Positions 43,057 through 52,045 of a stretch of 64,000 nt of DNA are shown here, piece after piece; the stretch's first letter is position 1, and the number at the start of each line of letters is the position of its first letter. A model generated the notes under the pieces. The model had not been told where the DNA came from and made no database searches. It saw only the letters and a list, made by a program, of their open reading frames with translations. A program made the position numbers and the translations under genes. Source of the DNA: a virus; IMG/VR virus record IMGVR_UViG_3300037467_001303, positions 32,001 to 96,000 of that record. The stretch is one strand, 5' to 3'.

Positions 43057-44210
43057 GCGCCGCCATAAACACTGTTACCTTGCGCCAGGGCGATTGCCTG
43101 GACTTGATCCGCACACTGGCGGACGCGTCGGTTGACGCGATCGTCACCGATCCACCCTATGAACTCGGATTCATGGGGAAAAGCTGGGACGCCTCGGGCA
43201 TCGCCTACAGTGTCGAAATATGGCGCGAGGCGCTGCGCGTGTTGAAACCGGGCGGGCACCTGCTCGCGTTCTCGGGCTCGCGCACCTATCACCGCATGAC
43301 CTGCGCGATCGAGGACGCCGGTTTCGAAGTCCGCGATCAGATCATGTGGGTGTACGGGTCGGGTTTCCCGAAGTCGCTAAATGTTTCAAAAGCATTGGAG
43401 GATAAGGCCGTTGAGCAGCTTTTCACCGGGCCGACGACTTCCGCGCTTGACGCCGCGCGCCAATGGGAAGGCTGGGGGACCGCCTTGAAACCCGCGCACG
43501 AGCCGATCTGTGTCGCCCGCAAGCCGCTGGCCGGCACCGTGGCCGCAAACGTCCTTGCGCACGGCACCGGGGCGCTCAATATCGACGGTTGCCGGGTGCC
43601 GACTGATGACAATGACCCGAATCACCGTCCGGGTGAAACCGAAATCACCACTGGAAGCGCATCAATGTTTGGCAATGCCAGTCGGCGTCGTGGGTCTTTG
43701 GGTGACGGCCGCTGGCCCGCCAACCTGATCCACGACGGCTCGCCCGAGGTGGTAGCGCTGTTCCCGGCCCAGGCTGGGGCCGCCGCGCCGGTCCACAAGC
43801 GGGGCGCCGACAAGGGCCGCAACGCCTACGGCGCCTTCGCCGGCAACATCGACGAAGACGGCAGCACGTTCCACGCCGACAGCGGCAGCGCGGCAAGGTT
43901 CTTCTACTGCGCCAAGACCAGCAAGGCCGATCGCGGCGAAGGCAACACGCATCCGACCGTGAAGCCGACCGACCTGATGGCCTACCTGGTACGGCTGGTG
44001 ACGCCGCCGGGCGGCGTGGTGCTCGACCCGTTCATGGGCAGCGGCTCGACCGGCAAAGCCTGCGTCCTCGAAGGCTTTTCCTTCATCGGTTTCGATCTCT
44101 CGCCCGAGTACGTGGCGATCGCCAGCGCCCGCATCGAGGCTGTGCACGAACAGGCGCGGGCTTCGGCCAACGCGCTCCCGCCACAAGCCGACCTGTTTAG
44201 CGAGGGTTAA
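43053..44210 (+). CDS. DNA N6-adenine/N4-cytosine methyltransferase (beta class)
   Basis: DPPY near the N-terminus; HPTVKP and DPFMGSGSTG near the C-terminus. Confidence 0.93.
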   Translation: MSAAINTVTLRQGDCLDLIRTLADASVDAIVTDPPYELGFMGKSWDASGIAYSVEIWREALRVLKPGGHLLAFSGSRTYHRMTCAIEDAGFEVRDQIMWVYGSGFPKSLNVSKALEDKAVEQLFTGPTTSALDAARQWEGWGTALKPAHEPICVARKPLAGTVAANVLAHGTGALNIDGCRVPTDDNDPNHRPGETEITTGSASMFGNASRRRGSLGDGRWPANLIHDGSPEVVALFPAQAGAAAPVHKRGADKGRNAYGAFAGNIDEDGSTFHADSGSAARFFYCAKTSKADRGEGNTHPTVKPTDLMAYLVRLVTPPGGVVLDPFMGSGSTGKACVLEGFSFIGFDLSPEYVAIASARIEAVHEQARASANALPPQADLFSEG

Positions 44211-44220
44211 TCAGACAAGA

Positions 44221-44448
44221 ATGAAAACCATCATCCACGTCCACCAGCAAAAGATCCGCGCCAACATCGGCAAGCCGGCCAGCGAGCAGGAGCCGGTGCT
44301 GACCGTGAAAACCTACAAGAGCAATACCTACGCGTTCGAGGTCGAGATCCTCGGGCCGTCCCGCCTCGTCTATTCCCCGGACAAGCCGCTCTCGTGCGGC
44401 GCCCGCGTCTGGCTGGAAACCGAGGGCGAGGTCCGGGTGGTGCGCTAG
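44221..44448 (+). CDS. Conserved phage hypothetical protein
   Basis: IHV.Q..IR.N...PVLTVK.YK.N.Y...YSPDKPLSCGARVW.ET. Confidence 0.7.
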   Translation: MKTIIHVHQQKIRANIGKPASEQEPVLTVKTYKSNTYAFEVEILGPSRLVYSPDKPLSCGARVWLETEGEVRVVR

Positions 44449-44469
44449 ACGCGCGCCCCCAGCCGCTTT

Positions 44470-44494
44470 ACCCGCCGCCCGGCGGGTTTTTTTT
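44470..44494 (+). terminator. Intrinsic terminator
   Basis: ACCCGCC-loop-GGCGGGT followed by a T-run. Confidence 0.85.
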
Positions 44495-44531
44495 CGCCCG
44501 CACCCCGCGGGCGCTGACCCAGGAGTAATCA

Positions 44532-45590
44532 ATGAGCGCTATCCAACCGGACGTGCAAAACGATGCAGCAGCACCCGCAGCACCCGCAGTCGACGCAATC
44601 CCGCAGCGCACCGCGCGCGAAGAGGCCCTGGAGGCCCTGGAAGCGCGCCACCAGGCCGAAATGGCCAAGGCCAACGGATGGGAACTGCCCACCGAGGACG
44701 AACCCGAGCCGGCCGCCGCGCCCGAACCCGCGCCCGACCAGCTGCAGCAGCAAATGAACGACCCGGCCCCCGAGCCGGAACCGGCCGCCAGCCAGCCGGC
44801 CAAGGTGAAGGTCAAGATCGACGGCGAGGAAGCCGAGGTCCCGGTCGACGACCTGGTGCGCCAGTACCAGAAGAACGCCACCGCCGACAAGCGACTGGCC
44901 GAGGCGACCCGCCTGCTGCGCGAGGCCCAGGAGGCCGAAGCCCAGCGCCTGCTGCGCGAGCAGCAGCACCAGCAGTACCTGCAGCAGCAGCTCGAACAGC
45001 AGCAGCTGCAACAGCAACCCGCAGCCCAGAATCCCGCAGGCGACGACAGCGTCGCCGCCCGCAAGGAGTTCCTCAAGGCCCTGTTCGAGGGCGACGAGGA
45101 CAACGCGCTCACCAAGCTCGACGAAATGTTGGCTGGACGGCAGCAGGCCCCCGCGCCCGCGCCCATCCTCGATGTCGACCAGATCGCCCAGACGGTGACG
45201 CAGCACGTGCAGCAGAAGCTCGTCGTAGAGAGTGTACTGACGCAGAATCGCCGCGACTATCCCGAGATGTACGCAGACCCCGACATGGAAGCCCTGGCCC
45301 TGGCCAAGATCCAGCGCATGCAGTCCGAAGAAGGAACCGATTTCTTCGCCGCGCTCGATACCGTCAGCAAGCAGATGGCAACCAAATTCGGATGGGGTGC
45401 TGCCGTGCCTGAACCGGGCCGCCGCGAAGATCCAGCACCGGCCACGAATCCCCGAGCGCAAAAGCTGGAAGCAAAGAAGACGATCGACAACGTCGCGTCG
45501 ATCAACACCAAGACCGCGCCCAACGAGCCGGCGCCCGAGGACGCATCCTCGATCATCGCCGCCATGAAGGCGGCACGCGCCGGTGGCTAA
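44532..45590 (+). CDS. Capsid scaffolding protein
   Basis: Acidic and Q-rich with VKIDGEE.EV..YQK; directly upstream of the capsid gene. Confidence 0.8.
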   Translation: MSAIQPDVQNDAAAPAAPAVDAIPQRTAREEALEALEARHQAEMAKANGWELPTEDEPEPAAAPEPAPDQLQQQMNDPAPEPEPAASQPAKVKVKIDGEEAEVPVDDLVRQYQKNATADKRLAEATRLLREAQEAEAQRLLREQQHQQYLQQQLEQQQLQQQPAAQNPAGDDSVAARKEFLKALFEGDEDNALTKLDEMLAGRQQAPAPAPILDVDQIAQTVTQHVQQKLVVESVLTQNRRDYPEMYADPDMEALALAKIQRMQSEEGTDFFAALDTVSKQMATKFGWGAAVPEPGRREDPAPATNPRAQKLEAKKTIDNVASINTKTAPNEPAPEDASSIIAAMKAARAGG

Positions 45591-45626
45591 AGCGCAATCC
45601 ATCTTTTACAATCAAGGAGCATCATC

Positions 45627-46571
45627 ATGGCAGGACAAGTCTGGTTGACCAATTCGCTCGGCGGCTACATGTGGTCGCCGAATCTCTCGAAGGTGCTGCG
45701 CATGTCCGTGCAGCCGCTGACCAAGTTCCGCCAGTTCGCGGACATCAAGGACGCGGCCGTGCAGGGCAAGGGCATCGGCGAGGCCTTCCACTGGAACGTC
45801 TACAGCGATGTCGCCACCCAGGGCACCACCCTGGCAGAGGGCACCGCCATGCCGACCACCAACTTCGTCATCACGCAGGGCACGATGACGGTGACGGAGG
45901 CCGGCAACAGCGTTCCCTACACCTCCAAGCTCGACGACCTGTCGGAGCAGCCGGTCAAGGAGATCATCGCCAAGGTCCTGAAGAACGACGCCAAGAAAGC
46001 GTTCGACATCATGGCCGAAGCGCAGTTCAACCTGACCCCGCTGCGCGTGGTCCCGACCGGCGGCACCTCGACCAACTCGGTCACGCTGTCGACCAACGGC
46101 ACCGCCGCCGCGGCCAACAACGCCGCCCTGGGCAAGGACCACGTCAAGGCGATCGTGGACGTGATGAAGGAACGTAACATCCCGCCGTACACCGGCGACG
46201 ACTACATCTCCCTCGCACACCCGACCACCTTCCGCAAGTTGAAGAACGACCTGGAAGCCGTCCACCAGTACGTGGACGCCGGTTTCCAGATGATCCTCAA
46301 CGGCGAGATCGGCCGCTACGAATCGGTTCGCTTCGTGGAGCAGACCAACATCGCCAAGGCCGCCTGGGCCTCGGGCGCCTCCAACTGGGCGTACTTCTTC
46401 GGTAACGACACCGTCGCCGAAGGCATCGTCATCCCGGAGGAAATGCGCGGCGCGATCCCGAGCGACTACGGCCGCTCGCGTGGCATCGCCTGGTACTACC
46501 TGGGCGGCTTCGGTCTGATCCACAACCAGCCGAAGAACGCCCGCATCATCAAGTGGGATTCGGCCTCGTAA
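45627..46571 (+). CDS. Major capsid protein (N4-gp56-like family)
   Basis: KFRQF, L.EG, E.GNSV, HP...L..D, GEIG....RFVE and DYGR..GIAWY; strong RBS and codon bias; followed by a terminator. Confidence 0.88.
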   Translation: MAGQVWLTNSLGGYMWSPNLSKVLRMSVQPLTKFRQFADIKDAAVQGKGIGEAFHWNVYSDVATQGTTLAEGTAMPTTNFVITQGTMTVTEAGNSVPYTSKLDDLSEQPVKEIIAKVLKNDAKKAFDIMAEAQFNLTPLRVVPTGGTSTNSVTLSTNGTAAAANNAALGKDHVKAIVDVMKERNIPPYTGDDYISLAHPTTFRKLKNDLEAVHQYVDAGFQMILNGEIGRYESVRFVEQTNIAKAAWASGASNWAYFFGNDTVAEGIVIPEEMRGAIPSDYGRSRGIAWYYLGGFGLIHNQPKNARIIKWDSAS

Positions 46572-46586
46572 GAGGTCCGGCCCATG

Positions 46587-46625
46587 AACGCCCGTCCCGC
46601 CTAGCGTGGGGCGGGCGTTTTTTTT
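46587..46625 (+). terminator. Terminator after capsid gene
   Basis: AACGCCCGTCCC...GGGGCGGGCGTT followed by a T-run. Confidence 0.85.
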
Positions 46626-46648
46626 GATGCGTACCACATGGAGGTCGT

Positions 46649-46900
46649 ATGACCATCGAGAACAGCGAGCTGAATAAAAGCGGCCCGCTCAAGTCGTCCA
46701 ACGACGGCCTGACCGGCGGCACCGGCACCGGCAACGATCCGTCCGTGTCCGATCTGGGCAAGGGTTTCAGCACGGTCGCGGCGCCCGAGAAGGTCCCGCA
46801 CTGGCTGCCGCAGAACGCCGACGACGGCGAGAACTACGTCGGCGACATCTTCGGCGAGCGCGGTGGCTTCGCCGGCCGCCCGCGTGGCAGCGAACGTTAA
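46649..46900 (+). CDS. Small Gly-rich protein (GTGTG-x6-DLG)
   Basis: GGAGG RBS. Confidence 0.65.
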   Translation: MTIENSELNKSGPLKSSNDGLTGGTGTGNDPSVSDLGKGFSTVAAPEKVPHWLPQNADDGENYVGDIFGERGGFAGRPRGSER

Positions 46901-46916
46901 TCATCAGGAGAACAGC

Positions 46917-47159
46917 ATGTCCGAATCGAACTACAAGCCGGACGGCACCGGCGTCGTCATGGGCGACACCCGCGCCGTTCCCGATCGCGGCACCGGCACC
47001 GGCATGACCGGCGTCCACACCGACCTGGGCGGCATGAGCATCGCCGTCGACGCCACCAACAGCATGGGCGCGGTCGGCGACACCGCCAGCGACCCGATGG
47101 ACCAGTGCTACGCGCCGGACCCGACCTTCGGCAAGACCGGCCACAGCTTCAAGGAGTAA
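46917..47159 (+). CDS. Small Gly/Thr-rich protein (GTGTG-x6-DLG)
   Basis: AGGAG RBS. Confidence 0.65.
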   Translation: MSESNYKPDGTGVVMGDTRAVPDRGTGTGMTGVHTDLGGMSIAVDATNSMGAVGDTASDPMDQCYAPDPTFGKTGHSFKE

Positions 47160-47163
47160 GCAC

Positions 47164-47355
47164 ATGGCCGAACTCGATCGCAACAAGCCCTACGCGCAGG
47201 TCGTGAACGACAGCGAAGGCCGCCACTTCGAGCAGGGCGGCAACTACTTCACCGCCGACGGCAAGCCCTGGCTTGATGGCACCGCGCCGGCGCCCAGCAA
47301 GCCGAAGAAGGGCGCCGCTTCCCAGCTCGACGCCCAGCTGCAGGAGCCGGCTTGA
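47164..47355 (+). CDS. Small hypothetical protein
   Basis: LDR.KPY..V...FEQ.G.YF..DG. Confidence 0.6.
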   Translation: MAELDRNKPYAQVVNDSEGRHFEQGGNYFTADGKPWLDGTAPAPSKPKKGAASQLDAQLQEPA

Positions 47356-48953
47356 GCTGGCGCCCGGATGACCCGATGGGCGACGAAGCCCGCAAGGTGG
47401 TCTGGGACGTAGTGCAGTACCTGCGCGGCACCGTGCTCGATCTCGGGTGCGGTCCGCGCAAGGTCCTGCCGCACGTGGTCGGCGTCGACAGCTGCGCCGA
47501 CACCCAGCTTTTCGGCATCCCGATCAAGCCCGACGTAAAGGTCGACGACTGCGCCGACCTGTCCGACTTCGAGGACGCCGCCTGTGACGCCGTGTTCTCC
47601 TCGCACCTGCTGGAACACATCGTCGACACCGAAAAGGCGCTGGCCGAATGGTGGCGCGTCCTGAAGCCGGGCGGCTACCTGGTGCTGTACCTGCCGCACC
47701 GCGACCTCTACCCCCGCATCGGCACCCCGGGCGCCAACCCCGACCACAAGCACGATTTCGCCCCCGACGACGTGCTGACCCACATCGCATCCGTGGCGGC
47801 CGCCAGCCAGACTGGCGTCGACGTGATCGTCAACCAGACCCGCGACGGCGGCATGGAATACAGTTTTCTCCTTGTCGTGCAAAAGCTCGAAGGCCTGAAC
47901 TGGCGCCTGAGCTGCAACGAGCCGAAACCCGTCAAGACCTGCTGTATCTCTCGCTTCGGCGGCTTCGGCGACATGCTGCAGATGTCGAACATCCTGCCCG
48001 AGCTGAAACGCCAGGGCTACCACATCACGGTCAACACCACGCCGGCCGGCCAGAGCATCATCCAGCACGACCCGCACGTCGACGACTGGCTGATCCTCGA
48101 CCCCGACCTGGTTCCCAACCACGAGCTGCCGGAATTCTGGGCCGCGCTGGGCCGCCGCTTCGACAAGTTCGTGCAGCTCTCCGAATCCATCGAGGGCACC
48201 CTGCTGGCGATGCCCGGCCGCGCGAACCACATGTGGCCCCAGGCCGTGCGCCAGGTGGTGCTGAACAAGAACTACCTCGAATGGACCAGTTTCCTGGCCG
48301 AGCTGCCGTACCACTCGGAGGCGCGCTTCTACGCCACCCCCGAGGAAGCCGGCAAGGCGCGCGGTTTCCTGACCGCGATCCAGACCGCGCGCGCCCCGGA
48401 CGAACTCCTGATCGGCATGCGCGGCCCGCAGGTGTTTTCCATCATGTGGGCGCTGGCCGGTTCCTCGGTCCACAAGTTCACCCCGCACATGGACGCCGTC
48501 ATCGCCCGCGTGCTGCTGGAGATCCCCGAGGCCGTCATCATCTTCACCGGCGACGAGGCCTGCCAGATCCTGGAGGCCGGCTGGGAGCTGGAACCGCGCG
48601 TGTACCGCGAATCCGGCAAGCAGACCATCCGCGAGACGCTGGCGCTGGCGCAGAAGGTGGACCTTGTCATCGGCCCGGAAACGGGCGTCCTGAACGCCGT
48701 CGCGTTCGAGGAAGACGTGGCCAAGATCGTCATGCTCTCGCACAGCAGCGTGGAAAACCTGACCAAGCACTGGTTCAACACCCAGTCGCTGGCGCCGGCC
48801 GGCACCGCCTGCTGGCCGTGCCACATGCTGCACTACGGTTCGGCGCACTGCCACACCGACAAGGCGACGGGTGCGGCCCAGTGCCAGGTCGACATCACGC
48901 CCGGCGAGATCTTCGACGCCATCAAGCGCGCCTACGACGACTGGAAGGAGTGA
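47352..48953 (+). CDS. SAM methyltransferase-glycosyltransferase family 9 fusion
   Basis: LDLGCG, VFSSHLLEH and EWWRVLKPGG, then R.GGFGD.L...LP.LK and LVIGPETG.LN. Confidence 0.85.
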   Translation: MSWRPDDPMGDEARKVVWDVVQYLRGTVLDLGCGPRKVLPHVVGVDSCADTQLFGIPIKPDVKVDDCADLSDFEDAACDAVFSSHLLEHIVDTEKALAEWWRVLKPGGYLVLYLPHRDLYPRIGTPGANPDHKHDFAPDDVLTHIASVAAASQTGVDVIVNQTRDGGMEYSFLLVVQKLEGLNWRLSCNEPKPVKTCCISRFGGFGDMLQMSNILPELKRQGYHITVNTTPAGQSIIQHDPHVDDWLILDPDLVPNHELPEFWAALGRRFDKFVQLSESIEGTLLAMPGRANHMWPQAVRQVVLNKNYLEWTSFLAELPYHSEARFYATPEEAGKARGFLTAIQTARAPDELLIGMRGPQVFSIMWALAGSSVHKFTPHMDAVIARVLLEIPEAVIIFTGDEACQILEAGWELEPRVYRESGKQTIRETLALAQKVDLVIGPETGVLNAVAFEEDVAKIVMLSHSSVENLTKHWFNTQSLAPAGTACWPCHMLHYGSAHCHTDKATGAAQCQVDITPGEIFDAIKRAYDDWKE

Positions 48954-48957
48954 CGCC

Positions 48958-49614
48958 ATGACCCTGCAGGACCTCATCACGCTGTTTCGCAACGAGGCCG
49001 ACGACGCCACGGAACCGTACCTGTGGAGCGACGAGGAAGTGATCGAGTTCGCCAACGACGCCGAGAACGAGGCCTGCCGCCGCGCCCGCCTGCTGGTCGA
49101 TTCGACCAGCGCGCTGACCCAGCTGCTGGTCGACCCGCTCGACGCCGGCGTGATCGCGCTCGACCCGGCGGTCGTGTTCGTGCGCCGCGCCAGCCTGGCC
49201 AACCGCCGCCCGCTGGCGCGCATGACGGTGCGCGACCTGGACGACCAGAATCCGTACTGGCAGGCCACTTCGCCCGGCACCCCGCGCGCCTTCGTCACCG
49301 ACTACCAGACCGGCGCGATCCTGCTGTACCCGGCCCCCGCCGAAGACGACATGCTGCTGCTGACCATCGTGCGCACCCCGCTGGTCGAAATGGCGAGCCT
49401 GGAGGACAGCCCGGAGATCTCCCCGCGCTTTCACCGCTCGCTGCGCTACTGGATGCTGTACCGCGCGTACAGCAAGCAGGACAGCCAGGCCAACGACCCG
49501 AAGAAGGCGGCCGACAGCCTGGCCCTGTTCGAGCAGGAGTTCGGCAAGAAATCGTCCGCCATCGACGAGAACTGGATCGCCCACGAACAGCTGAACGACG
49601 ACGGCACCTACTGA
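48958..49614 (+). CDS. Head-tail adaptor protein
   Basis: MTL.DLI..FR....D...PYLWSD.E...N.A..EAC.RA, LYPAP, PEI...H..L..W. Confidence 0.7.
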   Translation: MTLQDLITLFRNEADDATEPYLWSDEEVIEFANDAENEACRRARLLVDSTSALTQLLVDPLDAGVIALDPAVVFVRRASLANRRPLARMTVRDLDDQNPYWQATSPGTPRAFVTDYQTGAILLYPAPAEDDMLLLTIVRTPLVEMASLEDSPEISPRFHRSLRYWMLYRAYSKQDSQANDPKKAADSLALFEQEFGKKSSAIDENWIAHEQLNDDGTY

Positions 49615-49748
49615 CCCAGGCCTTCCGTCAAATTTGACAGAAGGCTCCCACCCAAGGAGGAACACCATGCAAGCGGTACTACGACCCAAGAAGAACTGTG
49701 GCTGCACCCTGGAACAGGCCGTGTTCCTCATCCTGCTCTGGAACGCCT

Positions 49749-49916
49749 ATGTTCGCGCGACTCGCTAAGGCCTGGGACCGCACGGTCGACAAGGTCCTGG
49801 ACTTCGTCTGGGACGTGACGCTGCCGGTGGCGACCCGCTGCCCGGTGTGCGCGTTCTGGCGCGGCGTGCTGCTGGGCATCCTGTGGACCCTCACCGTCCT
49901 CTGGGCCGTCCAGTGA
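49749..49916 (+). CDS. Small membrane protein
   Basis: CPVCAFWRGVLLGILWTLTVLW; coupled to the next gene. Confidence 0.5.
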   Translation: MFARLAKAWDRTVDKVLDFVWDVTLPVATRCPVCAFWRGVLLGILWTLTVLWAVQ

Positions 49917-51118
49917 AACCCGTCCTCATCACCGGGTTTCGCGGCGTGGTCAACACCGAGGCGCACGAGCGCCTGCAGGCGCTGCCCACCCGCGACGACC
50001 CGTTCGTCGACCTGGCGGACGCCGTCAACGTCGACATCGACGACAGCGGCCGGATCTCGCGCCGCGGCGGGCAGAGCCTCCTGATCCCGGGTCCGGCCCA
50101 CTCGCTCTACTCGGACGGATCGAACTGCCTGTTCGTCCAGGACGGCACCATGTACCGGCTCGACCGCAGCATGACGCCGACCGCCGTGGCGATGGGCCTG
50201 GACGACGTGCCGATCGCCTACGTCACCGTCGGCAACCGCGTCTACCACAGCAACGGACTGACCTCGGCGGTCTACGAGGACGGCTACGTGCGCAGCTGGG
50301 GCATCCCGCTGGCCGCAACCGGCGTGGCGGCCGCCGTCACCACCGGCCAGCTCCCGGCCGGCGTGTACCTGTGCGCGATGACGCTGCTGCGCGAGGACGG
50401 CCAGGAATCCGGCACCGGCCTGCCGGTGCGGATCGACCTGCCGGACAATGCCGGCGTCGTGTTCACCTGGGACGTGCCGTCCGACCCGGGCATCGTGCGC
50501 GCCGTCCTGTACCTCTCCCAGGCCGACGGCGAGACGCTGTTCAAGGCGGGAGAAGCCGACGTGGTGGCCGGCACCTATATCTATACCGGCGGCCCGCGCT
50601 CGCTGCCGCTGGCCACCCAGTGGCTGGACAAGCCGCCCGCCGGGCGTGCGCTGGCCCTGTACCGGGGCCGGATCTACATCGCCGTCGGCGAGCACCTGTT
50701 CGCCACCACCGCCCTGTCCTACGAACACTGCGACCTGCGCGACTACCGCGCCATCGACGGCAGCGAGATCCTGCTGCTGGCGCCGGTCGAATCCGGGATC
50801 TTCGTCGGCACGGCCAGCGCGATCTGGTTCCTCTCGGGCGCCAGTTTCGCCGACAACGCCCTGGTCCGAAAGCTGGACGGCCCGCCGATCGCCGGCACCG
50901 TCGCCTTTGGCGACATCGGCGACATCCTGGGCAACGACCAGCTGGCCGGCCAGCGCGGCGTGATGTTCGCCACCCCGCAGGGCATCGTGCTGGGCATGCC
51001 GGACGGCACGCTGCTGAACCTGACCGTCGACACCTACACGCTGCCGAAAGCCGGGCAGGGCGCCGCCCTGCTGCGCACCGGCAAGGCGCACCAGTACCTG
51101 CTGACCCTCGACGCCTAG
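49913..51118 (+). CDS. Tail nozzle/stabilisation-like structural protein
   Basis: F.G..N...L..AVNVDID.SG...RR.G, beta-propeller-like; follows the adaptor. Confidence 0.6.
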   Translation: MKPVLITGFRGVVNTEAHERLQALPTRDDPFVDLADAVNVDIDDSGRISRRGGQSLLIPGPAHSLYSDGSNCLFVQDGTMYRLDRSMTPTAVAMGLDDVPIAYVTVGNRVYHSNGLTSAVYEDGYVRSWGIPLAATGVAAAVTTGQLPAGVYLCAMTLLREDGQESGTGLPVRIDLPDNAGVVFTWDVPSDPGIVRAVLYLSQADGETLFKAGEADVVAGTYIYTGGPRSLPLATQWLDKPPAGRALALYRGRIYIAVGEHLFATTALSYEHCDLRDYRAIDGSEILLLAPVESGIFVGTASAIWFLSGASFADNALVRKLDGPPIAGTVAFGDIGDILGNDQLAGQRGVMFATPQGIVLGMPDGTLLNLTVDTYTLPKAGQGAALLRTGKAHQYLLTLDA

Positions 51119-51198
51119 CACATCCGCGCCACCCGGTTAAGTGCCCGTTTTCGCACGAAAACTGGCCTTTTCTTCACAGTAATCCCGCTTTCCCCAAG

Positions 51199-51227
51199 CA
51201 GCCCCGCCTCCGCGGGGCTTTTTTTTT
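51199..51227 (+). terminator. Intrinsic terminator
   Basis: AGCCCCGC-ctcc-GCGGGGCT followed by a T-run. Confidence 0.85.
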
Positions 51228-51262
51228 GCCCCGCTGACGGGGTTGACCCAAGGAGATTCACC

Positions 51263-52033
51263 ATGACGCTGCGCCTCTCGACTGCCGCCCGCGACTACAT
51301 CAACGGCGCCGGTTCCCTCAAATCGGCCTTCCAGGACGGCCAGATCCAGATCTATTCCGGCGCCCAGCCGGCCACCGCCGACAGCGCCCCGACCGGCACC
51401 CTGCTCGCCACCATCACCGCCATCTCGGTAGCGCGCACCGCCGAAGTGCTGGCCACCGGCACCGTCACCCTGTCCGGCTCGGCCGGTTCCGTCAACGGCG
51501 TCACTGTCGGCGGCGTGTCCATCATGGATGGCAGCGTGCCGTTCAATACCGACCTGAACGCCACCGCCGCCGCCGTCGCCGCCGCGATCAACGCCACCCG
51601 CTCGGTGCCGGACTACACCGCCACCGCCGCCGGCGCCGTCGTCACCATCAGCGCCCCGCGTGGCATGGGCGCGGCCGCCAACGGCCTGACCGTGGCCGCC
51701 GACACCACCACCCTGTCGGCCACCGTCGCCGCCATGGCCGGCGGCGTCACCGCCGCCAACGGCCTGAAGTTCGGCACCTCCAGCGGCGGCGTGGTCTCGA
51801 AGCTGGACACCCAGGTCTGGTCCGGGGTCGCGGTCGCCAGCGGCACCGCCGGCTGGTTCCGTTTCACCGGCAGCGTGGCCGATACCGGCGCGCTGGACAC
51901 CACGGCCACCCAGATCCGCATGGACGGCGCGATCGCCACCTCGGGCGCGCAGCTGAACATGTCGAGCACCGCCGTCACCTCGGGCGCCACGCAGACCATC
52001 GCGTCGTTCCCGATCACCCTGCCGAGCGCGTAA
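51263..52033 (+). CDS. Virion structural/decoration protein with inserted domain
   Basis: IYSGAQPATAD...GTAGWFR...DGAIATSGA; paralog of 16423-16842. Confidence 0.7.
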   Translation: MTLRLSTAARDYINGAGSLKSAFQDGQIQIYSGAQPATADSAPTGTLLATITAISVARTAEVLATGTVTLSGSAGSVNGVTVGGVSIMDGSVPFNTDLNATAAAVAAAINATRSVPDYTATAAGAVVTISAPRGMGAAANGLTVAADTTTLSATVAAMAGGVTAANGLKFGTSSGGVVSKLDTQVWSGVAVASGTAGWFRFTGSVADTGALDTTATQIRMDGAIATSGAQLNMSSTAVTSGATQTIASFPITLPSA

Positions 52034-52045
52034 GGGGAGTCCACC

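Noticed and set aside
43053-44210. Restriction-modification system
   Set aside because: No cognate endonuclease adjacent; looks like an orphan phage methylase.
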